DNA from: Candidatus Limnocylindrales bacterium
GTDB taxonomy: Bacteria > Chloroflexota > Limnocylindria > Limnocylindrales > CSP1-4
DNA: 57,055 nucleotides
Reading direction: 5' to 3'
Assembly (NCBI GenBank): GCA_035699725.1
Contig: DASSPG010000144.1
Span: 1 to 57,055 of the forward strand
Shown one piece after another: positions 9,611 to 18,023 of the stretch. The translations under genes and the position numbers were made by a program. The notes beneath the pieces were generated by a model, which was given only the letters and a program-made list of their open reading frames with translations, did no database searches and was not told where the DNA came from. Numbering within the stretch: the first letter of the stretch is position 1; every line of letters starts with the position of its first letter.

Positions 9611-11104
9611 ATGGCCGCGCACATCGATCCCTACCGGACCCTGGGCCTGGCGCCCGGCGCGTCGCTGGACGAGATCCGGCGCGCCTACCGACGGCTGGCG
9701 AAGGCCCACCATCCCGATGCCGCGGGTGAGACGGCCCTGCCCCGCTTCCTCGCGATCCAGCAGGCCTACGAGCAGCTCGCCGGCCCGAACCGTGGACGCC
9801 GGATCGGGGGACGCCCGGGCACGCCGGCCGGCGGCGCGGGGCCGGATCCGGCGCGGGAGCCCTGGCGGGCTGACCCCGACCGGGCCCGGGCTTCGGGTCG
9901 CGCCGACGGTGGACGTGCGCCGGGTGCGCGGCCGGCCGGACCTCGACCCGCGGACGGACGAAGGCCGACGGGTGGTGCGGCGGCGTCGGGGACGGCTGGT
10001 CCGACGGGAGCCCCGGAGGGCCCGGCGAGGGACGGGTCGACGACGGACGGCGCGGGCGGGCGGACGCGGCGATCGGGCGGACGGCGCCGGGCGCCGAACA
10101 AGGCGACGCCCGGCTCGACGTCGTACGAGGGCGCCGAGGACGAGCCGTTCGAGCCGGGCTGGAGCGGCGCGACCTGGTACGGGACGTCGAGCGGCACGTA
10201 CTGGACGATCAACCCGAAGGAGTACGCCGACCCGCGCAAGCACGGCCCCGAGTACCAGGCGCGCGCCCGTCGCGCGGCAACCGGCGGACCCGTCCTCGAG
10301 GGAGCGACGACGTCGGCGGCCGGGGATGTACCTGAAGCTCCGGCGGGTCCCGCGCCGGGGGCGCGCCCGACCGCGGACGCGCCACCGGCCGACGTCGGCA
10401 CCCGACCGACGCGATCGGGCCACGTGCCGCCGCGGAGCGAGGCGTGGAGTCGGCGTCGCGCCGCCGCCGGCGCCGGACCGCCTGACGATCCCGAGTCCGC
10501 GCCCGAAGCCCAGGCAGCCGACGCCGGCGCTCCGTCGTGGATGCCGCCTCAGCGCGATGCCGGCGAGATCCGAATCGACGCCGACGCACCCAGATCGCGG
10601 CGCACCGCCGGCTCGACCCCGCCACCCGGCGAACCGCCGCGCGGCTTCCGTACCTGGGTCGACGAGGCGCCACGCGGTCGGCTCCGGGCGCCGCTGCTGC
10701 GCGAGCCGACGACGGCGCTCGGTCGCCTCGCGATGGCGCTGCTCGGCTGGCCGCCGCTCGGCCTGTTCGCCGCCTCCGTCATCGACCAGTCGACCGGTTG
10801 CGGACGGTATGCCGCGTCCTGCTCGGAGGTGTGGTCGCCCGGGACCTGGATCCTGAATGCGGCGATCCTGCTCCTGCTGCTCGCCGTGTCGCGGGTCGCT
10901 GCCTGGTCGGCCCACGGCACGATCGCCGCGGTCGTCGTCGGCGTCCCGACGGCCGTGGCCCTCAGTGCCGGCGGCGGTTCCAACGTGCCCGAGGCCAGCG
11001 CACCGGTGCTGCTCGGCACGCTGGCGGTCGCATACCTCGCGGGTGTCGCCTTCGCCATCGTGGCGGGCCGGCCCGGAACGCGAGGACCGCGCCCGGCTCC
11101 GTGA
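9611..11104 (+). CDS. J-domain protein with a long disordered linker and a C-terminal multi-helix membrane anchor
   Basis: MAAHIDPYRTLGLAPGASLDEIRRAYRRLAKAHHPDAAG is a J domain with the HPD motif. A Pro/Arg/Gly/Ala-rich region of about 330 aa follows. The last roughly 130 aa form 3-4 hydrophobic helices (LAMALLGWPPLGLFAASVI, WILNAAILLLLLAV, IAAVVVGVPTAVAL, VLLGTLAVAYLAGVAFAIVAG). Confidence 0.8.
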   Translation: MAAHIDPYRTLGLAPGASLDEIRRAYRRLAKAHHPDAAGETALPRFLAIQQAYEQLAGPNRGRRIGGRPGTPAGGAGPDPAREPWRADPDRARASGRADGGRAPGARPAGPRPADGRRPTGGAAASGTAGPTGAPEGPARDGSTTDGAGGRTRRSGGRRRAPNKATPGSTSYEGAEDEPFEPGWSGATWYGTSSGTYWTINPKEYADPRKHGPEYQARARRAATGGPVLEGATTSAAGDVPEAPAGPAPGARPTADAPPADVGTRPTRSGHVPPRSEAWSRRRAAAGAGPPDDPESAPEAQAADAGAPSWMPPQRDAGEIRIDADAPRSRRTAGSTPPPGEPPRGFRTWVDEAPRGRLRAPLLREPTTALGRLAMALLGWPPLGLFAASVIDQSTGCGRYAASCSEVWSPGTWILNAAILLLLLAVSRVAAWSAHGTIAAVVVGVPTAVALSAGGGSNVPEASAPVLLGTLAVAYLAGVAFAIVAGRPGTRGPRPAP

Positions 11105-11125
11105 GGCGCGGGTAGGATTGCCTGC

Positions 11126-11848
11126 GTGAGCCGCCACCGCGACGCCCAGGACCTCTCGACCGCCGCCCAGGAGTACCTCCTCGCCCTGCGCGTGATGGCC
11201 GGCGATGGATCGCACGTCCGGGCCGCCCAGGTCGCCCGGCGGCTCGGCGTGTCGACCCAGGCGTCGAGCGAGATGTTCCGGCGCCTCGTCGCGGACGGGC
11301 TCGTCCGCCAGGCGGACGGGCGCGACCTGGTCCTGACCACGGCCGGCCGGGCGGCCGCCGACGCGATCTTCCGCCGCCACGCCCTGCTCGAGTGGCTGTT
11401 GACGTCGGTCGTCGGTCTGGGCTGGGCCGAATCGGACGAGGAGGCGGCGCGACTCCAGGGGGCGCTGTCGCCACGGGTCGAGGCACGCCTCGACGAGATG
11501 CTCGGCCACCCACCGACCTGCCCGCACGGCAACCCGATCGACGCCGAGACCGCTCGCCAGCGACCGAAGGGCACGCCGCTCAGCGGGATCGAGGCCGGGC
11601 AGCGCGCGACCGTCTACCGGATCACCGAGGAGGCCGAGGAGGACGCCGGCCTGCTGTCGTATCTCGAGGCGCGGGCGCTGACCCCGGGTGCCTCGGTCAC
11701 CGTCCTGGCCCGCTCCGAATCCCTCGACTCGCTGACGCTCGACGGCCCGCGCGGCCGGGCGACCCTCGGGCTGCGACCCGCCGCGCTCGTCCACGTCCTG
11801 CCCGGCGACGCCGACCCCGCGCTGTTCCACAAGGTGCCCGCCCGCTGA
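11126..11848 (+). CDS. DtxR/IdeR/MntR-family metal-dependent transcriptional regulator with a C-terminal FeoA/SH3-like domain
   Basis: Winged-helix N-terminus (AAQEYLLALRVM...VARRLGVSTQASSEMFRRLVADGLV). Metal-site region RHALLEWLL...EEAARLQGALSP...HPPTCPHGNPI. C-terminal ATVYRITEEAEED..LSYLE. Confidence 0.9.
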   Translation: MSRHRDAQDLSTAAQEYLLALRVMAGDGSHVRAAQVARRLGVSTQASSEMFRRLVADGLVRQADGRDLVLTTAGRAAADAIFRRHALLEWLLTSVVGLGWAESDEEAARLQGALSPRVEARLDEMLGHPPTCPHGNPIDAETARQRPKGTPLSGIEAGQRATVYRITEEAEEDAGLLSYLEARALTPGASVTVLARSESLDSLTLDGPRGRATLGLRPAALVHVLPGDADPALFHKVPAR

Positions 11849-11863
11849 GTCGCCCAGGGGACC

Positions 11864-11953
11864 GTCGACCCGCTCGGCCGCCCCGTCGACCCGCTCGGCC
11901 GCCCCGCCGACCCGCTCGGCCGCCCCGTCGGCCCGCTCGGCCGCCCCGTCGAC
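11864..11953. repeat. 21-bp tandem repeat (GTCGACCCGCTCGGCCGCCCC) x 4 plus a partial copy
   Basis: Units at 11864, 11885, 11906 and 11927, the last two with one substitution each, then GTCGAC. The array begins 16 nt after the regulator stop codon. Confidence 0.9.
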
Positions 11954-12213
11954 TTCTCCCAACACTCATGGAGTGACTGGTACCGGCGGCATCGGGCCCG
12001 CGCGGGGACGGTCCGGGAGGGTTTGTTAGCGCTCGAAGGCTAATTCCGGCCGGCGGCGCTGCTCCGACTCGCCGTACCAGTCCCCGGTCGGCTGTTTGAC
12101 GAGGATCCCGGCGGAAGGGCAGGGGCTGAGGGGCCAGGCCGCGCCCCGGCGCCCGGCGCCCGGCGCCCCGACCCTCGGCGGCCGCCGAGCGGCGCCGCTG
12201 CTACCCTCAGCCC

Positions 12214-13728
12214 ATGCCCGATCCCACGATCCGCGTCCGCCTCGCGCCCAGCCCGACGGGCCCGCTCCACATCGGTACCGCCCGCACCGGCCTGTTCAAC
12301 TTCCTGTTCGCCCGGCACGTCGGCGGCACGTTCATCGTCCGCCTCGAGGACACCGACGTCGCGCGCAGCACCGTCGAGCACGAGCGCGACATCATCGAGG
12401 GCCTCCACTGGCTCGGGATCACCTGGGACGAGGGCCCGGACGTGGCGGGCGGGGGAGACGTCGGGCCGTTCGCGCCGTACCGCCAGATGCAGCGACTGGA
12501 GTCGTACAAGGTCGCGGCGGATCGCCTCCTGGCCGCCGACCGGGCCTATCCCTGCTTCTGCACGCCCGACGAGCTCGATGCCGACCGCAAGGCGCAGGAG
12601 GCGGCCAGGCAGGCGCCGCGCTATGTCGGCCGCTGCGCCAACCTCACCGAGGACGAGCGCAGGGCCCGCGTCGGCGAGGGCCGTCGCGCCGCGATCCGCT
12701 TCCGCGTCAGGCCCGGCGTCATCGGCTGGAACGACATGGTCCGCGACCGGATCGAGATCGACACCGCCAACCTCGGTGGCGACTTCGTCATCGTCCGGGG
12801 CGACGGCATCCCGCTCTACCACTTCACGGTCGTCGTGGACGACGCGACGATGGAGATCAGCCACGTGATCCGGGGCGAGGACCACGTCGGCAACACGCCC
12901 AAGCACATCCTGCTGTTCGAGGCGCTCGGCCATCCCGTGCCGGCCTTCGGCCACCTCCCGCTGATCCTCAACCCGGACCGGACGAAGATGAGCAAGCGCA
13001 AGACCCAGACCGCGGTCGCCGACTACCGCGCCCAGGGCTTCCTGCGCGAGGGGCTGATGAACTACCTCGCCTACCTCGGCTGGAGCCCCGGCACCGAAGA
13101 GGACGTCCTCTCGATCGACGAGGTGATCGAGCGCTTCGACATCGACAAGGTCCACAAGGGCGGCGCCGTCTTCGACCGCGAGCGCCTCGAGTGGCTGAAC
13201 GGCCAGTGGATCCGCCGGCTCCCGGCGGAGGAGCTGATCGATCGACTCCGGCCGTTCCTCCAGGCCGCCGTCGACGACGGGCGGATCGAGCGCCTGCCGG
13301 CCGACGACGAGATCCGTGCCCTCCTACCGGTGATCCAGGAGCGCCTCCCGACGCTGGCCGCTGTCGTCGACCTCGTGGGCTTCCTGTGGACCGATGATCT
13401 CGGGCTCGATCCCGCCCTGGTCGTCCCGAAGCGCTGGGACGCCGCGACCACCCGCGTGGCGCTCGCCGCGGCCCGCGAGATCCTGGCGGGCCACGACGCG
13501 GTCACCTGGGAGGCCGACGAGCTCGAGCCGGCGCTCCGTGCGCTGGTCGAGGCGCGCGGCTGGAAGGCCGGCGATCTCTTCATGGCGATCCGCGTGGCGA
13601 CGACCGGGCGGACCGCCACGCCGCCGCTGTTCGACACGCTCGTTGCGCTCGGCCGGGACCGGACCCTCGCCCGGATCGATGCCGCCGCCGAGGCGCTGGC
13701 CTCCGTCGGGGGCGCAATCGCCCGTTAA
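12214..13728 (+). CDS. gltX: glutamate--tRNA ligase
   Basis: RLAPSPTGPLHIGTART (HIGH motif), KMSKRK (KMSKS motif), 504 aa. Confidence 0.96.
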   Translation: MPDPTIRVRLAPSPTGPLHIGTARTGLFNFLFARHVGGTFIVRLEDTDVARSTVEHERDIIEGLHWLGITWDEGPDVAGGGDVGPFAPYRQMQRLESYKVAADRLLAADRAYPCFCTPDELDADRKAQEAARQAPRYVGRCANLTEDERRARVGEGRRAAIRFRVRPGVIGWNDMVRDRIEIDTANLGGDFVIVRGDGIPLYHFTVVVDDATMEISHVIRGEDHVGNTPKHILLFEALGHPVPAFGHLPLILNPDRTKMSKRKTQTAVADYRAQGFLREGLMNYLAYLGWSPGTEEDVLSIDEVIERFDIDKVHKGGAVFDRERLEWLNGQWIRRLPAEELIDRLRPFLQAAVDDGRIERLPADDEIRALLPVIQERLPTLAAVVDLVGFLWTDDLGLDPALVVPKRWDAATTRVALAAAREILAGHDAVTWEADELEPALRALVEARGWKAGDLFMAIRVATTGRTATPPLFDTLVALGRDRTLARIDAAAEALASVGGAIAR

Positions 13729-13752
13729 CACGGGCGCGTAGGATTCGCGCCG

Positions 13753-14475
13753 ATGGCCCGCACGATCCTCGTCGTCGAGGACGAGACGACGCTCCGTGAG
13801 ACCCTCGTCGACGCCCTCGAGGTCGAGGGGTTCCGGGTGGTCTCCGCCGCCGACGGGCGCGAGGCGCTCACCCGGTTCCGCGCCGAGTCCCCGGATCTCG
13901 TCCTGCTCGACCTGATGCTCCCGGAGCTGTCGGGCATCGAGGTCTGCCGGATCATCCGGGCCGAGTCCGGCGTGCCGATCGTCATGCTCACCGCCAAGGA
14001 CAGCGAGCTCGACAAGGTGGTCGGCCTCGAGCTCGGCGCCGACGACTACGTCACCAAGCCGTTCAGCCTGCGCGAGCTGGCGGCAAGGATCCGGGCTCTC
14101 TTCCGGCGCTCCGAGCAGGCGGTGGCCCCGGACGCCCCGCCCCCGGCGATCGTCGACCTGGGTCGCGTCCAGGTCGATCTCGCCGGCCACCGCGTCCTGC
14201 GCGACGGGGCGGCGCTGCCGATCAAGCCGAAGGCGTTCGAGCTGCTCGCCTTCCTGATGCGCCACCCCGGCCAGGCGTTCACCCGCGACCAGCTCCTCGA
14301 GCGGGTCTGGGGCTACGACTACGCCGGCGAGACGCGGACCGTGGACGTGCACGTCCACTGGCTGCGCTCCACGTTGGAGGACGACGCGGCCGCGCCACGC
14401 TTCATCCACACCGTCCGCGGCGTCGGTTACGTCTTCCGCCGCCCGACTGTTGATCCACCGATCATCAGCCGTTGA
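13753..14475 (+). CDS. regX3: OmpR-family response regulator, RegX3/PhoP-like (no adjacent kinase)
   Basis: Receiver domain ILVVEDE...LVLLDLMLPELSG. The DSELDKVVGLELGADDYVTKPFS block is nearly identical to what I recall for mycobacterial RegX3. Winged-helix C-terminus (TRTVDVHVHWLR...IHTVRGVGY). Confidence 0.88.
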   Translation: MARTILVVEDETTLRETLVDALEVEGFRVVSAADGREALTRFRAESPDLVLLDLMLPELSGIEVCRIIRAESGVPIVMLTAKDSELDKVVGLELGADDYVTKPFSLRELAARIRALFRRSEQAVAPDAPPPAIVDLGRVQVDLAGHRVLRDGAALPIKPKAFELLAFLMRHPGQAFTRDQLLERVWGYDYAGETRTVDVHVHWLRSTLEDDAAAPRFIHTVRGVGYVFRRPTVDPPIISR

Positions 14476-14498
14476 CGTTGCGCGGCGACGCTCCGGCC

Positions 14499-15068
14499 AT
14501 GCCGATCGTCATCCGCCGCGGCCGCGTCATCGCCGAGCCGCGTTCCCGTCTCCTCCGGTTCGAGCGCCCGGCGTCCACCGCGATCGCGACGATGCCGGTC
14601 GGCATCGACTCAGGCCAGCACGACCTGCGCCATGAACTGGCGCGTCTCGCGCTCGATGTCGTCGTCCGGACCGCCGAGCCGATCGACCTGCCGCGCCGCT
14701 GGCGTGGGTTCGCCTTCGCGCGTGAGGTGGATCGGACGCGGTCCCAGCTCGCCCCGATCCGGTCCCGCCGGGCGCTCCTGACATCGTTCGCACGGGAGGC
14801 GTCCATCGTGGTCAGCGCGCCGAGCGCGACGGTGGCCGTCCCCGACACCACCGACGGGTCGCCCCCGCCCGCAGGCCCGCCGCCCGGCCCGGTGCGGGTC
14901 GCCTATGCGATCCGCTGGCTGGAGCTCGGCGACGGGCGGCCGCGGCCGTCCTGGGCGGCGTTCGTCGCGGGTCCCGTCGAGGTGGTGAGCGCCGCGCTCG
15001 GCGGGGAGGCGCCCGGCGCGGTCCTCGCCGCCCACCCCGCTCAGAGGAACGGCGAGATCAGCACGTAG
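14499..15068 (+). CDS. hypothetical protein (189 aa)
   Basis: This frame has consistent G/C third-position bias, whereas the overlapping antisense long ORF does not share that codon phase. No family recognised. It overlaps the 3' end of pit by 28 nt in convergent orientation. Confidence 0.35.
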   Translation: MPIVIRRGRVIAEPRSRLLRFERPASTAIATMPVGIDSGQHDLRHELARLALDVVVRTAEPIDLPRRWRGFAFAREVDRTRSQLAPIRSRRALLTSFAREASIVVSAPSATVAVPDTTDGSPPPAGPPPGPVRVAYAIRWLELGDGRPRPSWAAFVAGPVEVVSAALGGEAPGAVLAAHPAQRNGEIST

Positions 15069-16048
15069 GAGACCGCGGCCACGAGGCCCGACGCCGGGAT
15101 GGTCAGGACCCAGGCGACGACGATGTTGCCGGCCACGCCCCAGCGGACCGCGGACAGGCGGTGGCTCGTCCCGACGCCCATGATCGCGCTCGAGATCACG
15201 TGGGTGGTGGACACCGGCATGCCCAGCTGGGACGCGCCGAGGATGATGGTGGCGGCCGTCGTCTCGGCCGCGAACCCGTGGACCGGGTCGAGCTTGACGA
15301 CCTTCTGGCCCATCGTCCTGATGATCCGCCAGCCTCCGGCCGCCGTGCCCAGGGAGATCGCGGCGGCCGCCAGGAGGATGACCCAGACCGGGATCGGGGC
15401 GTTCGCCGGCAGCAGGCCGGCAGCGACGAGGGCGAGGGTCATGATGCCCATGGTCTTCTGCGCATCGTTCGAGCCATGGCTGAAGGCCATCAGCGCGGCA
15501 GAGATCACCTGGAGCCGGCGGAATCGATCGTTCATCCGGCGCGGGTTGGCATGCCGGAAGAGGTTCAGGATCACGACCATCGCGAGGAAGCCGAACACGA
15601 TGCCGATGACCGGCGACAGGACGAGCGGCAGGACGACCTTGCCGAGGACGCCGTCGAGCTTGATCGCGCCGGCCCCGACCGAGACGATGACCGCGCCCAG
15701 GAGCCCGCCGATCAGGGCGTGGCTCGAGGAGCTCGGGATCCCGAGCCGCCACGTGATCAGGTTCCACGTGATCGCGCCGATGAGGGCCGCGGCCACGATC
15801 GTCTGGCCGGCGGCGCCCTCCGGCGTGCTCGCGAGACCCGACGAGATCGTCTTGGCGACCGCGGTCCCGGTGAGGGCGCCGACGAAGTTCGCCGTCGCCG
15901 ACATCAGGATCGCGTGCTCGGGGCGGAGGGCCCGCGTCGAGACCGACGTCGCGATCGCGTTGGCCGTGTCGTGGAAGCCGTTGATGTAGTCGAAGAGGAC
16001 CGCGAGGGCGAGGACCGCCAGCAGCAGCAGGGTCAGGTCGTTGGGCAC
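15041..16048 (-). CDS. pit: inorganic phosphate transporter, PiT family
   Basis: YINGFHDTANAIATSVSTRAL near the N-terminus and a second GSNDAQKTMGI repeat. 335-aa polytopic protein. Confidence 0.93.
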   Translation of the reverse strand: MPNDLTLLLLAVLALAVLFDYINGFHDTANAIATSVSTRALRPEHAILMSATANFVGALTGTAVAKTISSGLASTPEGAAGQTIVAAALIGAITWNLITWRLGIPSSSSHALIGGLLGAVIVSVGAGAIKLDGVLGKVVLPLVLSPVIGIVFGFLAMVVILNLFRHANPRRMNDRFRRLQVISAALMAFSHGSNDAQKTMGIMTLALVAAGLLPANAPIPVWVILLAAAAISLGTAAGGWRIIRTMGQKVVKLDPVHGFAAETTAATIILGASQLGMPVSTTHVISSAIMGVGTSHRLSAVRWGVAGNIVVAWVLTIPASGLVAAVSYVLISPFL

Positions 16049-16262
16049 GGCGGAAGGCTAGCAAACCGCCGCCGTTGCGATTGGCCCGAAAGCGGACGTC
16101 GCCGGAAGCCCCGCCGCCCGACGGTTCCCCGATACCGGAGTGCGACGTCGGACGACACGAGCAGAGGTGAGTGGCGTCGCGCGACGTTCGATCTCGGAGC
16201 ATCTGGCCGGCGACCGGAGCCTGCTCCTGCCCGACACCCGGCGCCCCCGCTATCCTTCGCCG

Positions 16263-17966
16263 ATGCGCCTCTCCCAGCTCTTCTTCAGCACCCTTCGCGA
16301 CGACCCCGCCGACGTCGAGATGCCGTCGCACCGACTCCTCCTGCGGGCCGGCTACATCCGCCCGCTCGGGTCGGGGATCTACTCGCTGCTGCCCCTCGGC
16401 AAGCGCGTCAGCGACCGCGTCGAGCAGATCATCCGCGAGGAGCAGGACCGGATCGGCGGCCAGGAGATGGAGATGCCGGTCGTGCACCCGGCGGACGTCT
16501 GGCGGGCGAGCGGTCGCTACGACGCGATCGGGCCCGAGCTCGGTCGGTTCAAGGACCGGAACGGGCGGGACATGGTGCTGGCATTCACCCACGAGGAGGT
16601 CGTCGGGATCCTGCTGGCCGACATCGTCAAGTCGTACCGCCAGCTGCCGCTGATGGTCTACCACTTCCAGTCGAAGTGGCGCGACGAGCCGCGCGCCCGG
16701 GCGGGGCTGATCCGGGTCCGCGAGTTCGTCATGAAGGACGCCTACAGCTGCGATCGCGACGCCGCGGGCCTCGACGCCAGCTACCAGGCCCAGTACCACG
16801 CCTACCTCCGGACCTTCGAGCGGCTGGGCTTGAAGACCGTGACCGTGAGCAGCGATGTGGGGGTCATGGGCGGCAGCCAGGCCCACGAGTTCATGGTCCT
16901 GAACCCGGCCGGCGAGGACGTCCTCGTCCTGTGCGAGGCGTGCGGCTACGCCGCGAACCGCCAGATCGCGAGGATCCCGTACCCCGCGCCGGAGGCGGAG
17001 GAGCCCCTCCCGCGCGAGGAGATCGAGACCCTCGGTACCAAGACGATTGCCACCCTTGCGGCCTTCCTCGACATCCCCGAGACACGCACTGCGAAGGCCG
17101 GCTTCTTCGTGACCGGCGACGGCCGGCTCGTGACCGCGATCGTGCGCGGCGACCACGAGGTCAACGAGACCAAGCTCGCCAACGCGGCCGGCGCCAGCAC
17201 GGGACTCCGGGCAGCCACGGTCGAGGAGATCCGGGCCGCGGGCATGGAGCCGGGGTACGGCTCGCCCGTCGGAGCGCACGACACGGTCGTCGTCGTCGAC
17301 GAGCTCGTCGCGCGCTCGCCGAACCTCGTCGCCGGGGCCAACCGCGAGGGGTTCCACTACCGCAATGTCAACGTCGGGCGAGACTTCCAGGCGGATGTCA
17401 CCGCCGACATCGCGAATGCCCGCGAGGGCGATCCCTGCCCCACCTGCGGGAAGCCCGTGATCCTGCGCAACGGGATCGAGGTCGGCAACATCTTCAAGCT
17501 CGGGACGAAGTTCACCGACGCCGCCGGCGCCTCCTACCTCGGCGAGGACGGCAAGGAGCACCCGATCGTCATGGGCTCGTACGGGATCGGCGTCGGGCGG
17601 AACGTCGCCTGCATCGTCGAGGACCATCACGACGAGAAGGGGATCGTCTGGCCCGAGGAGGTCGCGCCGTACGCCGCGCATCTCGTCGCGATCGGCGCGA
17701 ACAAGGATCCCCAGGTGGCCGAGATCGCGGAGCGGCTCCACGCCGTCGGCGAGGCCGCCGGGTACTGGCGCCACATCCTGTACGACGATCGCAACGAGTC
17801 GCCGGGCGTGAAGTTCACCGACGCCGAGATGCTCGGAATGCCCTGGATCCTGACCGTTTCGCCGCGATCCCTGGCGGCCGGCGGGATCGAGGTCACGAAT
17901 CGGGCGACCGGGGAGCGGTCGACCCGCTCGGTCGAGGAGGTCGAGGCCCTGATCCGGGGCGCCTGA
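16263..17966 (+). CDS. proS: proline--tRNA ligase (bacterial type with editing insertion)
   Basis: MRLSQLFFSTLRDDPADVEMPSHRLLLRAGYIRPLGSGIYSLLPLG, FRDEPRARAGLIRVREF, and a C-terminal anticodon-binding region. The ATG at 16263 is preferred to the track start at 16140. Confidence 0.96.
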   Translation: MRLSQLFFSTLRDDPADVEMPSHRLLLRAGYIRPLGSGIYSLLPLGKRVSDRVEQIIREEQDRIGGQEMEMPVVHPADVWRASGRYDAIGPELGRFKDRNGRDMVLAFTHEEVVGILLADIVKSYRQLPLMVYHFQSKWRDEPRARAGLIRVREFVMKDAYSCDRDAAGLDASYQAQYHAYLRTFERLGLKTVTVSSDVGVMGGSQAHEFMVLNPAGEDVLVLCEACGYAANRQIARIPYPAPEAEEPLPREEIETLGTKTIATLAAFLDIPETRTAKAGFFVTGDGRLVTAIVRGDHEVNETKLANAAGASTGLRAATVEEIRAAGMEPGYGSPVGAHDTVVVVDELVARSPNLVAGANREGFHYRNVNVGRDFQADVTADIANAREGDPCPTCGKPVILRNGIEVGNIFKLGTKFTDAAGASYLGEDGKEHPIVMGSYGIGVGRNVACIVEDHHDEKGIVWPEEVAPYAAHLVAIGANKDPQVAEIAERLHAVGEAAGYWRHILYDDRNESPGVKFTDAEMLGMPWILTVSPRSLAAGGIEVTNRATGERSTRSVEEVEALIRGA

Positions 17967-18023
17967 CCCGCGCGCCGGAAATCGGGGCTCCCGACCGGCG
18001 GCCCGCAGCCCATCCGTTCCCGC

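Noticed and set aside
9548-11965. An 805-aa minus-strand ORF, plus 572-aa, 379-aa and similar alternative frames, over the J-domain and IdeR-like genes.
   Set aside because: It is antisense or out of frame relative to clear J-domain (HPD) and DtxR-family sequences. Its N-terminal AAERVDG repeats are simply the 21-bp tandem repeat read in frame.
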